Part shown: positions 1 to 9,536 of the stretch, one piece after another | Layout: each line of letters begins with the position of its first letter | Numbering within the stretch: position 1 is the stretch's first letter | Virus record (IMG/VR): IMGVR_UViG_3300032328_000072 | Span: 1-31,228 of that record | Strand: one strand, 5' to 3' | DNA: 31,228 nucleotides | Origin: a virus | Taxonomy: Duplodnaviria; Caudoviricetes | Notes under the pieces: generated by a model | What the model was told of the DNA's origin: nothing | Database searches by the model: none | The model's input: only the letters and a program-made list of their open reading frames with translations | Made by a program: the position numbers and the translations under genes

Positions 1-1
1 C

Positions 2-256
2 ACCAACATCCAAGCCATTCTGTCTGTACCTCCAGCAATCAAGAAAGCAGGTCTACCAAATGGGCATAACGACTTGAAAATCTTTGAAATTGAAAAGCCT
101 GACATGGAATTGTTTAACAGCCTCAGCAACGGCTTGAGAGAGAAAATTCAGAAGTCGCCTGAGTGGCAGAAGCGAGGCGGCAAAACAATCGCCCCAATGC
201 CTGTTAAAGCCGCCGCAAGTGGCTTTGATGACATGGACGACGACATCCCTTTCTGA
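2..256 (+). CDS. Partial (5'-truncated) phage ssDNA-binding/replication protein
   Basis: Frame is open from base 2 (TNIQAILSVPPAIKKAGLPNGHNDLKIFE...), so the TTG at 74 is internal. The acidic C-terminus FDDMDDDIPF is the SSB-type interaction tail. Confidence 0.7.
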   Translation, partial: TNIQAILSVPPAIKKAGLPNGHNDLKIFEIEKPDMELFNSLSNGLREKIQKSPEWQKRGGKTIAPMPVKAAASGFDDMDDDIPF

Positions 257-258
257 CC

Positions 259-636
259 ATGAGGCTCATGCGTAACCAAAACGCGGCGCACATTGATTTC
301 TTTCGGTTCAAGGGACTGATTGCTACCAACCCCAAGGCGACGCCTTGTGACATCGACATGATTTTTGAACGCAAGTGCAATTTTCTTGTCGGTGAATGGA
401 AGCGTAGCGGTGAAATCCTTACTCAAGGACAGGGGTTGTTACTGCGAAATCTGGCACGACAACCCCAGTTCACCATTCTCATTATCAGAGGTCACACAGA
501 TGGCGAGATGGTAGTTGAGAAGTTTGAGCAACTTTTTTCAGACGGCGTTATGAAGGTACAAGGCAACTCTCCTGATGACCTCAGTAGGTTTGTTACAGAC
601 TGGTATGACAGGGCAGATGCCCAAGAATTTCAATAA
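259..636 (+). CDS. Small PD-(D/E)XK-like nuclease-fold protein
   Basis: PCDIDMIFERKCNFLVGEWKR gives a D...E-x-K arrangement, followed by LTQGQ. Lies between the SSB-like gene and the exonuclease. Confidence 0.55.
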   Translation: MRLMRNQNAAHIDFFRFKGLIATNPKATPCDIDMIFERKCNFLVGEWKRSGEILTQGQGLLLRNLARQPQFTILIIRGHTDGEMVVEKFEQLFSDGVMKVQGNSPDDLSRFVTDWYDRADAQEFQ

Positions 637-643
637 GGACGAT

Positions 644-1414
644 ATGACCATTACAACCCCAGCGATACGCGCAAGCGAATCAAATCATTGGTACACCCGC
701 GATGGCGTGCCACAGTACACCGTTGAAGCCAAGAAGGGTGGAATGCGTAACACCACCCTGCGTGATGCGCGAACCATGAACTTGGTTCCAAGTGTCACTA
801 CAATATTGAGCGTTGCGGCAAAACCCGCGCTGACAGCTTGGCTTCAGCAACAGGTTTTACTCGCCGCGCTTACCCTCCCACGTCGCCCTGACGAGCCTGA
901 AAAAGATTACGTTGAACGAATCATCAGCGACTCCAAAGAACAGGGTCGCTCTGCGGCTGATGCGGGAACTGACATCCATGCATCTATTCAAGGCTTTTAT
1001 GAAGACAGACCCACAGGCAAACACCAACAAAGCGTTGACGCCTGCTCCCGCGCAATCAAAGAACACTTTGGAGACGCCGCTTGGATTTCCGAGCGCTCTT
1101 TTGCACATGAACTCGGTTTTGGCGGTAAGTGCGACTTATTTTGCGCTGACCCACTCAAAGCCGTCGTGGACATCAAAACCAAAGAGTTCACCGACCCCGC
1201 AAAGGTTGATGGATACGATGAGCATCTGATGCAATTATCTGCGTACCGCGTCGGTCTAGGCATCCCCCAAGCACGCTGTGCCAATGTCTTTGTCTCTCGT
1301 AACGTCCCAGACCTAGTCGTGGTAAAGGAGTGGAGCGCAGAAGACTTAGAACGTGGGTGGGAGATGTTCACCCATCTGCTTCAATTTTGGCAAATTAAAA
1401 ATTCACACAAGTAA
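644..1414 (+). CDS. PD-(D/E)XK exonuclease, RecB/Cas4/lambda-exo-like
   Basis: Motifs PSVTTIL, GTDIH, E-R, GKCDL, VVDIKTK and QLSAY. Start moved from 575 to the ATG at 644, which follows an AAGGA RBS just after the upstream stop. Confidence 0.85.
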   Translation: MTITTPAIRASESNHWYTRDGVPQYTVEAKKGGMRNTTLRDARTMNLVPSVTTILSVAAKPALTAWLQQQVLLAALTLPRRPDEPEKDYVERIISDSKEQGRSAADAGTDIHASIQGFYEDRPTGKHQQSVDACSRAIKEHFGDAAWISERSFAHELGFGGKCDLFCADPLKAVVDIKTKEFTDPAKVDGYDEHLMQLSAYRVGLGIPQARCANVFVSRNVPDLVVVKEWSAEDLERGWEMFTHLLQFWQIKNSHK

Positions 1415-1423
1415 GGAGTAAAA

Positions 1424-1645
1424 ATGTTAAGCGAAGAAATGGTCAAACAAATCTTTTTCCAAAGCGACCGACCCCGTGAAGACCCTCTTCTTGCGGACGA
1501 GGTAGACATCATGCAGTTCGCCCACAACATTGAGGCGGTTGTGGCGGTGGAGTACGCTCGAAAAGAACACGCTCGTTGCGTAGAGTTGGTCAAAGAAATG
1601 AATCGCACTGTTGGCGAAAAACTAGAAACTCTTAGACCTGCATAA
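1424..1645 (+). CDS. Hypothetical phage protein (73 aa)
   Basis: Strong RBS (TAAGGAG) before the ATG; last gene of the + strand unit. Confidence 0.75.
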   Translation: MLSEEMVKQIFFQSDRPREDPLLADEVDIMQFAHNIEAVVAVEYARKEHARCVELVKEMNRTVGEKLETLRPA

Positions 1646-1669
1646 AAAAAGCCCCCCGTGAGGGGGGCT
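1643..1669 (-). terminator. Rho-independent terminator of the minus-strand late operon
   Basis: Perfect hairpin AGCCCCCC-GTGA-GGGGGGCT (1650-1669) with an A-run on its left, i.e. a U-tract on the minus strand. Lies between convergent genes. Confidence 0.85.
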
Positions 1670-1699
1670 AAAAGGAGAGTGGCAACTGCTCCTCGAAAC

Positions 1700-3520
1700 T
1701 TATTCAGCGTTTGGGTCGTCTTTCAACATACGTCTAGCGGCTTCATATCCATAAGAACCGACTGCACCAAGCGCACCAGCGCCTCTTAGCTTGGTCAATC
1801 CCTTGCCTGCTGGGGGCAACATAGCCGCCGCCGCAGAACCAGCCTGCAAAGCCTTTAAAACGCCTTCGCTGGTGTCGCCTGCCTTAAAACGCTTTAAGGC
1901 TTCTTGGTAACTCATTACGCCAAAATAACCAGCCGCCGCGCCTACGCCTGCTCTTGGCAAAGCGCCTATCTTTGAAGGGCCTGTAGAGGCTATGCCCGTC
2001 CTCTCAAGAACGCGCCCAATCGTATTTGGCTGTTCTTGCGCTCTTGCCAATTTGCGTCGAGCAATCTCCGCATCGGTCTCAGCCTTAGTCAACGCCTTTT
2101 GCAATGGCTTGACATCTTTTAATTGACCTGACAAAACATTTTGTCGTTGACCCGCCGCCGCACGTTCTTGTCGCAAACGCTCTAATTCGGCTTCGTTAAC
2201 AACTCGCTGTTGCTCTGCTAACCAATTTTGAGTCTCTTGTTGGATACGCGCCTGCTCGGCTCTTTGCTCTACTTCCGCTTGATTTGCTTGTGCTTGACGG
2301 TCTATTTCAGCTTGACGCTCGGCAACAGTAGTTGGAGGCAACGCCAATTGCACACCGCCCTCGGTGCGAACTAAACCATAGTCACCCAAGCCAAGCGCTT
2401 GTTGACGTTGACGTGCCGCTGTATCTCTATCAATGATTGCCTGACCACCGCGAGGGTTGTCCTTACGCATATTTTCAGCTTGGTCGGCAAGAACGTCAGG
2501 AACGTCCCCACCCATAGCGCGAACCCAATTTGATGCACCAGATGCCCCAGCCTTTGTTCTTGAAGGCACTTCAGATGTCAAAGGAGACGATGGTGCTTCT
2601 ATTGTTGGCGTAGGTCTTGACAAGTTTGTTTGTCGTTGTTGAGCCAATCGCTGTTCATTCTTGATACGTTCAAGTTCGGCTTGATTTTGTCTATAAGTTT
2701 CTTCAAGACTAAACATATCTTGAGGAGCGGATTCTTGAAAATTGCGACGAGCCAACTCTAATTTGTCTTGAGCAGACAGATTTGCTTCAACCGCCCTACT
2801 TGTATCAACCTTTGGAGACAACTGTGGCTTGGTGAACATTGGAAAAATGGCGTTAACCCCAGCGCCAACAAGCGCCGCCTGTTCTGGGTCAATCTTATCG
2901 GCAGACTCAATTGCTCTATCAAAGAGTGTTTTTGGCTGTGGAGGTGGGGGGTTTAGCCTTGCCTCTTCGTCTCTTGCTTCTTGTTCTTTTTTTAGTTTTG
3001 TTGCCTCAGATTGATAAGCCTCATAACGGTTTGGCTTTACTGAAGACTCTGCATCGCCTTCGGCTTTTACTGGTTGACCAAAACCACCGTTATTGCCAAT
3101 GTCGATAACATAGTCCAAGCCTTTGGGGCCAACCGCTTTGAGGTCACCTTTTGATTTGATGTAGGTATCCGCAACGCCCGGCCCTTGGTGATATGCAAGC
3201 AACGCCGCCTCTGGCGACTTGTACTTATCTATGTATTGCCTCATCAACTTTGCACCACCATACACATTGGTTCGCAAATCTCTGATATCGCCTAGCTTAT
3301 TTAATTCTCCTGTGCTTGGGCGAATTTGCATAACGCCAAAAGCATCGCTATCAGGGTCTTCTGAGGGTATATGCCTAAACCCTGACTCGCGAAAAGCCTG
3401 CGCCAAAAGCAAATTTGGGTCAATCTTGTATGCTTCAGCCGCCTCAACAACCAAATTAGCAATTTCAAATTGTTCAGGGGTAAGTTTTTTGAAGTCCAGT
3501 ATTGGAGTTTTTTTATCCAT
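1700..3520 (-). CDS. Internal virion/ejection protein with N-terminal lytic transglycosylase (SLT) domain
   Basis: SLT motifs AQAFRES (catalytic Glu), AFGVMQI, NVYGGAK and ALLAYHQGPG, followed by coiled coil and a Gly/Ala-rich hydrophobic C-terminus. Confidence 0.85.
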   Translation of the reverse strand: MDKKTPILDFKKLTPEQFEIANLVVEAAEAYKIDPNLLLAQAFRESGFRHIPSEDPDSDAFGVMQIRPSTGELNKLGDIRDLRTNVYGGAKLMRQYIDKYKSPEAALLAYHQGPGVADTYIKSKGDLKAVGPKGLDYVIDIGNNGGFGQPVKAEGDAESSVKPNRYEAYQSEATKLKKEQEARDEEARLNPPPPQPKTLFDRAIESADKIDPEQAALVGAGVNAIFPMFTKPQLSPKVDTSRAVEANLSAQDKLELARRNFQESAPQDMFSLEETYRQNQAELERIKNEQRLAQQRQTNLSRPTPTIEAPSSPLTSEVPSRTKAGASGASNWVRAMGGDVPDVLADQAENMRKDNPRGGQAIIDRDTAARQRQQALGLGDYGLVRTEGGVQLALPPTTVAERQAEIDRQAQANQAEVEQRAEQARIQQETQNWLAEQQRVVNEAELERLRQERAAAGQRQNVLSGQLKDVKPLQKALTKAETDAEIARRKLARAQEQPNTIGRVLERTGIASTGPSKIGALPRAGVGAAAGYFGVMSYQEALKRFKAGDTSEGVLKALQAGSAAAAMLPPAGKGLTKLRGAGALGAVGSYGYEAARRMLKDDPNAE

Positions 3521-5496
3521 TACGGTTTCCTTTGTACTTCGCGTTCTGCTCTTTCGCGTATAAATCTTTCATGCACCGACTCATTAGCTGGAGGCGTTGA
3601 TTTTGCAGATGGCACGACTGGAGGGTTTGCAGAAGAAGGTGGCTTAGAAGCGTCAGCCTTTTTCTTTGGGGTGAGCAAGTCCAAGTTTTCTTCACGCACA
3701 CGGTCAAGAGTTTTCTTGTAGTCCGTTTTGAGCTTTTTGTATTCTGTGTCCCCAACAAAGTCGTCGTAGGTGTAGCCGGGTTGTTTGCTCTTTTGTGTCC
3801 ACAAGGCAAAGCGGTCTTCGTCAAACATACTTTGCAACTTGAGCGCTTCAGATTTAAGAATAACCGCACGTTGACTGTCTGAGGGCAAGGCGTAGATGCT
3901 CCCAAGCAATCTTGTCTCAAAGTCGGAGATAGCGCCCTCGCCCGGCGTCCTGTTCAACTGACGACCACGCGATTGCAACTCGGCGGACTTTTGAGCAAAA
4001 ATTTGCAACGCCGCCAAATCATTGGCATCAAGGTTTGCCTCAGCAAGAGTTTTGGCTGGAAGGCTAACGCTGAAGTCGCCAAATTTGATACCTTGCTCAG
4101 ACGCACGAACGATTGCGCCAAAGACGCCCGGCTTGTTCAACGCCTGCAATATCTTCGGATTGTTCTTTGCATAACCAATCATGTCGTCAGCAGTGGTTGT
4201 GTTTGCAAATGCCGCGTCAGCCTGTAAGCGAAATTTACTTGCAACTTCTTCGGAAGCCTTTACGCGACTTTTTTGTAGTTCAGTTCTGGTATCTTTATCA
4301 ATATCTATTTCGGATTCTCTTCGCTTTTTCTCAATAGCTATTTCAAGTTCTCTTCTAGCTTTTTCTTCTTCCAATTGGGATGGAGTTTTGGCGCGAGGAA
4401 TTCCTGATGAAGAGGTTTCACCTAATGATGTTGAGGCTCCACTTACTGCTGATGTACCACCTACATTAGATGCTCCACTTACCGCTGGTATTGCGTCGGT
4501 TGTTGGTGTTGTGCTTGCTGGTGATGTTGCGCTTGCTGGTGATGCTCCACCATCAGTTGGCTTGACGTTGCTTGGCTTCATTCGCGCCAACTGTTCGGTT
4601 TCCAACCAACCTTTTTTCCTGTAGTATCTGAGCAAAATTTGCTCGTCGTTTTTGTCCTCTGCCTCTTGCAGTTTTGCTTCGTATTCTGCGTACTCTCTCC
4701 TATCCAATTGGCGCTCAGTTGGGAGTCCAAGAGGTTTGACAGGGCGAAGTGTGGCTTCGTACTTATCACGCTCAATACGAATTTTATCTTCTTCGGTTTG
4801 AGACCTACGCATTTCTTGAAAGAATGGAAGCAGTTTTGGAGCAACACGACTTGCAAGCATCAGTAGTTCATCAGTAACTTGAATTCGACCTTGACGCACA
4901 TCAGACACAGCTTTCTGCTGACCTGACTGCGTTCTTAAATCAACTGATGGTGCGGCTCCAGCCACGTTCGATTGACTCATAGGTACAGCGCCACCCGCAG
5001 GAGCAGGAGAACCGCGACTTTGCTTAAATACTTCACTCATCAGTTGGTCAGCACCTAACTGTTGACGAAGTTCCATCTCTTTACCAAGCAATTCTTGTTC
5101 TAACTTTTGATTCTCTAAATCACGAATCATCTCGCGCTCTGCGGCGACACTAGCATTCTCTGCGGCATTCCCCAAGGATTCGCCAAACGAACCTGTCTTG
5201 GTAGGTTTTAAGAGACCTGCGGCAACTTGCATTAAAACAGGGTCAAACATCCTGTTCTTACGAGCGTCTAAAGTTGCACGCAAACGCAATAACCCTTGAT
5301 TCATTGCCTCGCGTTGGTCGCCAAGGTCGTCAACAATCTTGTCTTTTAAGCCAGTCGGTTCCGCTTGGCTTATTTCTTCAAGGTTCTCCGCTTGCTTTGC
5401 ACTCGCGTCAAATTTACCTCCAGATTGAGGTGGGGTTGGCCTTACTTGGTTTAGACCACCCTGCTGTGGTGCGCCTTGCTGTGCTGGAAGTGCCAT
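3520..5496 (-). CDS. Putative internal virion (DNA ejection) protein, 658 aa
   Basis: Helical/coiled-coil composition, GLLKPTKTGSFGESLG and GAISDFE segments of the kind seen in podovirus ejection proteins, and position in the ejection cluster. Confidence 0.65.
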   Translation of the reverse strand: MALPAQQGAPQQGGLNQVRPTPPQSGGKFDASAKQAENLEEISQAEPTGLKDKIVDDLGDQREAMNQGLLRLRATLDARKNRMFDPVLMQVAAGLLKPTKTGSFGESLGNAAENASVAAEREMIRDLENQKLEQELLGKEMELRQQLGADQLMSEVFKQSRGSPAPAGGAVPMSQSNVAGAAPSVDLRTQSGQQKAVSDVRQGRIQVTDELLMLASRVAPKLLPFFQEMRRSQTEEDKIRIERDKYEATLRPVKPLGLPTERQLDRREYAEYEAKLQEAEDKNDEQILLRYYRKKGWLETEQLARMKPSNVKPTDGGASPASATSPASTTPTTDAIPAVSGASNVGGTSAVSGASTSLGETSSSGIPRAKTPSQLEEEKARRELEIAIEKKRRESEIDIDKDTRTELQKSRVKASEEVASKFRLQADAAFANTTTADDMIGYAKNNPKILQALNKPGVFGAIVRASEQGIKFGDFSVSLPAKTLAEANLDANDLAALQIFAQKSAELQSRGRQLNRTPGEGAISDFETRLLGSIYALPSDSQRAVILKSEALKLQSMFDEDRFALWTQKSKQPGYTYDDFVGDTEYKKLKTDYKKTLDRVREENLDLLTPKKKADASKPPSSANPPVVPSAKSTPPANESVHERFIRERAEREVQRKP

Positions 5497-5499
5497 TCT

Positions 5500-6468
5500 T
5501 TACCCCACTAAGTAGCCATCGGCATCGTAAAAATTACCCTTGCCATCTGTGTATTCTGCACCTGCTGGAGCCATTCCGCCATCGGCAAGACGAACTCCAC
5601 CACCGTTTGCTTTTTTGATTTCTCCGCCTTTTGCATTTCCTTTTTGAGCGGGAAACAAAGCCGATATTAAAGCGCCTAAGCCGCCAATCTGAGACAAAGG
5701 GCTGTTTGAGTATGCGCCAGCGTCTGGGCCAGTTGTCTGCGTAATCCTACCCATAGGCAGTTGATAGCCTTGCATCAGTTTGGCAAACTGTTGAGCCTGA
5801 GCCATTGGATAGTCCAACAACTTTTGACCTTGAGATTGCTGTTGAGCGCCGTAGTCGGACATGGTTTTTAAGCCAGCCAAACCCAAACCTTGCTGTGCCT
5901 GTCCTAAGTTTTCAAAGGCTTGACCAGCATTCAATGCGCGAGTCAAATCATTTTGAGCGGTTGTTCCAGCGTCTTTGTAGCCCATTTGAAGGGCTTGCAT
6001 CTGCTTGCCCAACAAGTCAGCTTGGATGTCTCGCAAAGCGTTGCCTGTAATTTGAGACTGACGACGTGAGCCATACTGACCAGAACCAACAGCCGCCGCA
6101 CCAAGATTTGGCAAAATGTTTTCTTGAACACTTCGATTAGTCAGGCGACCCATCTCATCCACCACAGCGGACTGATAGGGGTTCATGTAGTCAGCAATGA
6201 CGTCAGGAACGGTTGTAGCGCCAGCCTCGCCCAGTAATTGAGAAGCCGCACCCATAGAGCCAGCGCCAGCAAACGCAACGTCTGGAGCCATTTGGAAGGC
6301 TTGCTGTTGCAAAGGACTAAAGCCAGCAATACCACCTTGCTGAACAGCGTTCTGGCCTAAGTTGGCAATGTCTTGCAGGTAGTTCGTGTAAAACTCTGGG
6401 GCGACCTGTTGGTCTTCCGTCGTCTTGACGACTGCGGGTAATGGGTCACCTTGAAATAGTCCAGCCAT
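5500..6468 (-). CDS. Putative DNA ejection/pilot protein, 322 aa
   Basis: Gln/Ala/Gly-rich, with YMNPY and GQYGSRR segments and a hydrophobic stretch (LSQIGGLGALISALF) near the C-terminus. Confidence 0.65.
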   Translation of the reverse strand: MAGLFQGDPLPAVVKTTEDQQVAPEFYTNYLQDIANLGQNAVQQGGIAGFSPLQQQAFQMAPDVAFAGAGSMGAASQLLGEAGATTVPDVIADYMNPYQSAVVDEMGRLTNRSVQENILPNLGAAAVGSGQYGSRRQSQITGNALRDIQADLLGKQMQALQMGYKDAGTTAQNDLTRALNAGQAFENLGQAQQGLGLAGLKTMSDYGAQQQSQGQKLLDYPMAQAQQFAKLMQGYQLPMGRITQTTGPDAGAYSNSPLSQIGGLGALISALFPAQKGNAKGGEIKKANGGGVRLADGGMAPAGAEYTDGKGNFYDADGYLVG

Positions 6469-9400
6469 TATTTTGCTCCTTTGAGATACGAGGTCAAAGC
6501 CTTAGTCTTAGGTGGAATTTTGTTAAGAGGAGCAGAGCGCTTGTGGGCGCGAATACCCTCACGAAACTTATCCAAAGCCTGAGCGCCTGCCTTAGTCGAG
6601 CCGTTACCAATTTGAGCCACAGTCTCAGCATCAATTACATACTCACCATCCGCCAGCATAGCTGGGATGTCGTCAGACTGTCCATCGCCTGCTCCATGCA
6701 CAGCCGCTCCTTTGCGGAAGTCCATGCGACCTTGAGTCAATGGCACGTTAGAAATGTGGGGCAAGCCACCCTTGCGCATTGGGGGAGGCATACCTTGTTG
6801 TTGAGGCATCATGCCCTGCTGAGGCATACCTTGTGGAGCCTGTTGCGCCATCTGCGGAGGCATCTGTTGTGGCAAGCCTTGCTGTTGCATCTGTTGTGGA
6901 GGCTTTTGTTGACCAATCTGAGGCATCTGCTGTTGTGGGTTCATTGGGGGTTGCGGACGCATACCCAAGTTTGCCAAGATGTCAGCGGGTTGACCAAAGG
7001 TGTAGTAAGACGACACTGGTGTAGCCATTGAGGACAAACCGCCAGAAGCCATTGCTGGAAGTTCTGAAGTCTCTTCGACTGGCACTTCTTCGTAGCCGTA
7101 GTCGCCTTCACGCACAGGGTTGAAGCCGGGGGCGTTCAGGTTCCGCAACAACTCTTCGTTTGGCGTGTAGCCATCCATATCCGTGCCGTACTCGTCATAG
7201 CCAACAAACCTTGTTGGGCCAATACCAAAGTCAGTCGTGCGTGGGTTAATGACGCCCACCTGAGACATATCCAAACCTTGATTTTGATTTTCAGCCCCGC
7301 CGCCACTATAGTCACCACCAAGCAAAGATGCAACCAAAGCGCCAGCACCAGCCGATGGAAGCACGCCAGTTATTGCATTAAGCATGTCATCGCTTATTCC
7401 AGTGAAATCTTGAACACCCTTTAATAATTTTGTGCCGATGTTTTCGTACTGAGGACGCTCTCCACCACCGGGGCTTTCAATTTGCGAAGAATAAATCAGT
7501 TTTCCATCTTGGTAATAGTCACCATTCGGGGCAATAACAGTACCGTCAGAGAAGTATCTATAGCCGTAAGCAGGGTCACCTTCCTCGGCGGGGTTCTCAA
7601 GTTCTGTAACGTAATCAGTAGGGGTTTCTCCAAACGCACCATATTCTGTAGCCGTAGGTTTAAATGGGGCATACACAGAATCATCTGAGCTAGTGTAGTA
7701 CGCTGAATCCTCGTTGTTAGGCGACGTGTAGTACGCGGAATCTTCGTTATTGGGCGATGTGTAGTACGCAGAACTGTCGCCACTTGGGTCATTAGCTGTA
7801 ATGTCGTACCCATAGTTTCTCATAGTAACAGGGGAGGTTTCTGCTTGATAGTCATTGTCTGAATAAGTGTCTTTATCTATGTAATCATAAGCACCACCGC
7901 CCGTATAGAAACGAGCAACTCCGCCTTTTTTCATCATAGTAGTCAAGCCCCCACGTTTATATTCGTCTAAATAACTCAAATCGGATTCAATATATGTTGG
8001 CGGTTCATCGTAGTCGCCATAGTCATAGTCGCTATAGTCATAGTCGTTATTTAAATAGTCGGAGTAATCCGATGATTCGTTGTTGACATAGTCAGCGTAG
8101 CTATTTGAATCGTTGTTGACAGCGTCATCGTCCGCAGGTAACGTATCATCAAATAGTCCATAGTCCTCTTCAGTAATGTCTTCTGGCACTTCGGCGGCTC
8201 GATACAGGTCGTACTCACCCTTGTCATTTAATATATAAATGTTGCCTTCACCGTCGTCAAAATATTGCTCTTCTTCTTCTTCTTCTTTTGGCGAAGGGTT
8301 AAATAATTCAGCATCCTCTGCGGCAATATCCTCATCTACTTCAGCCGCACGATATAAATCGTACTCACCCTTTTCATTCAATTTGTAAATGTTGCCTTCC
8401 CCGTCGTCGTAATATTCATCGTCGTCGGAAGGCAGGAACTTTTGTCCACTGCCGTCAGGGCGGTTATCGCCGCCTTTTCCAACAATTGTGAAATTTGCTT
8501 CATCAGCAACCGTAATCTTTCCGTCAGCGTCAGTGGTGTACAGAAGGGAGTCGTTTTCCATGCTGTAGGTTTTGTTGCCAATGGTGTACGTCCCGTCGTT
8601 GTTATCCTTTACGATACCAAGACTACCGTCCTCATTTTCGCGGTAGAGAGGCATACCCGTCCTCATGCTGTAAGTCACACCCCCAGACGTGTAGGTTCCA
8701 TCCCCGTTGTCAATAGAACCTGTAGGCAAGCCCAATGATGGGTCAGCAGGCGTGCCTTTATAAACCACATCAGCGGTATTAGGAGGTCTCACTACGCTGG
8801 TAGGTTTGGCAGGTGGCTTGGGAGGCGGTTTATTGGGCGGCTTGGATGTTCCGCCAGATGGTTTCGGTGGAGGATTTTTTGAACCACCAGTTTTTGGGTC
8901 GGCAACAACCTTTGGCTTGCCAGTAATCTTGTCGATGATTATCTTTGTTCCCGCACCAATCACTGCACCCGTAATCGCATCTACTACTTTGTTTGTAGTA
9001 GAACCTGTGTTGGTTTTTGGCTTATTGACAACAGGCTTTACAACAGACGTTGGAGTGGTCGTCTTGGTAGTAGGTGCGTTTGGCTTGGTTGTAATAGTCG
9101 GCTTGGTTGTCGTCTTTGTTGTAATCGACGTTGTTGGCGTTTTTGGTGTTGTTGGTGTTGTTGGTGTTTGTGTTGTTGGTGTTTTAGGCGTAGTCTTAGA
9201 CGTCAGCGTAGTCTTAGGGACTTGAGTGGTCTTAGGCTTTGTGGTTGTACCAGTCGTTATGGTTGGACGAGTTGTTGTAGAGGTCGAAGGAATGGTCGTT
9301 GTTGAACCAGTACCGCCTGATGGTTGAGTGCCAATTGTTGGTCGAGTATTACCTGTTGGTCGAGTGCCGCCTGTTGATGGCGCAAAGTCGTCATCTTCAT

Positions 9401-9533
9401 ACACCGTGTTTGGTCGACCGTATAGGGATGGCTCTCTTTCAGAGTCACGAATAACACTACTTAAAGGTGCGCGGTCAAGACCCCTTGCTTCAGGAAGTTG
9501 CTTGCTTGACGTGCGTTTTTTTAGAATAGCCAT
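6468..9533 (-). CDS. Large low-complexity internal virion protein, 1021 aa
   Basis: Long ORF with Thr/Pro/Lys-rich, Asp/Tyr-rich and Gln/Met/Pro-rich blocks. The C-terminal GAGDGQSDDIPAMLADGEYVI motif is a recurring phage virion-protein module. Confidence 0.7.
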   Translation of the reverse strand: MAILKKRTSSKQLPEARGLDRAPLSSVIRDSEREPSLYGRPNTVYEDDDFAPSTGGTRPTGNTRPTIGTQPSGGTGSTTTIPSTSTTTRPTITTGTTTKPKTTQVPKTTLTSKTTPKTPTTQTPTTPTTPKTPTTSITTKTTTKPTITTKPNAPTTKTTTPTSVVKPVVNKPKTNTGSTTNKVVDAITGAVIGAGTKIIIDKITGKPKVVADPKTGGSKNPPPKPSGGTSKPPNKPPPKPPAKPTSVVRPPNTADVVYKGTPADPSLGLPTGSIDNGDGTYTSGGVTYSMRTGMPLYRENEDGSLGIVKDNNDGTYTIGNKTYSMENDSLLYTTDADGKITVADEANFTIVGKGGDNRPDGSGQKFLPSDDDEYYDDGEGNIYKLNEKGEYDLYRAAEVDEDIAAEDAELFNPSPKEEEEEEQYFDDGEGNIYILNDKGEYDLYRAAEVPEDITEEDYGLFDDTLPADDDAVNNDSNSYADYVNNESSDYSDYLNNDYDYSDYDYGDYDEPPTYIESDLSYLDEYKRGGLTTMMKKGGVARFYTGGGAYDYIDKDTYSDNDYQAETSPVTMRNYGYDITANDPSGDSSAYYTSPNNEDSAYYTSPNNEDSAYYTSSDDSVYAPFKPTATEYGAFGETPTDYVTELENPAEEGDPAYGYRYFSDGTVIAPNGDYYQDGKLIYSSQIESPGGGERPQYENIGTKLLKGVQDFTGISDDMLNAITGVLPSAGAGALVASLLGGDYSGGGAENQNQGLDMSQVGVINPRTTDFGIGPTRFVGYDEYGTDMDGYTPNEELLRNLNAPGFNPVREGDYGYEEVPVEETSELPAMASGGLSSMATPVSSYYTFGQPADILANLGMRPQPPMNPQQQMPQIGQQKPPQQMQQQGLPQQMPPQMAQQAPQGMPQQGMMPQQQGMPPPMRKGGLPHISNVPLTQGRMDFRKGAAVHGAGDGQSDDIPAMLADGEYVIDAETVAQIGNGSTKAGAQALDKFREGIRAHKRSAPLNKIPPKTKALTSYLKGAK
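7690..7775 (-). repeat. Three 33-bp tandem coding repeats (SAYYTSPNNED)
   Basis: GTGTAGTACGC recurs at 7693, 7726 and 7759. Confidence 0.9.
8150..8415 (-). repeat. Two-copy 150-bp-period coding repeat (Y(Y/F)DDGEGNIYxLNxKGEYDLYRAAEV)
   Basis: GTACTCACCC at 8211 and 8361; the peptide repeat is visible in the translation. Confidence 0.9.
8505..8712 (-). repeat. Two-copy 35-aa repeat (DNxDGTYTxGxxTYSMxxxxxLYxxxxDG)
   Basis: DNGDGTYTSGGVTYSM and DNNDGTYTIGNKTYSM occur 35 residues apart. Confidence 0.8.
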
Positions 9534-9536
9534 GTT

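Noticed and set aside
644-1414. Cas4-like nuclease as a sign of a CRISPR system
   Set aside because: No repeat-spacer array or other cas genes are present and the four-Cys Fe-S pattern is not evident. The context is a phage recombination module.
6468-6720. Tape-measure protein call based on the SDDIPAMLADGEYV motif
   Set aside because: The rest of the protein lacks long helical tape-measure repeats, and the surrounding genes indicate a short-tailed virion with no tail tube or tail chaperone genes of the long-tail type.
7690-7775. 33-bp periodic repeats as a mini CRISPR array
   Set aside because: The repeats are contiguous, in frame, vary at synonymous positions and have no unique spacers.
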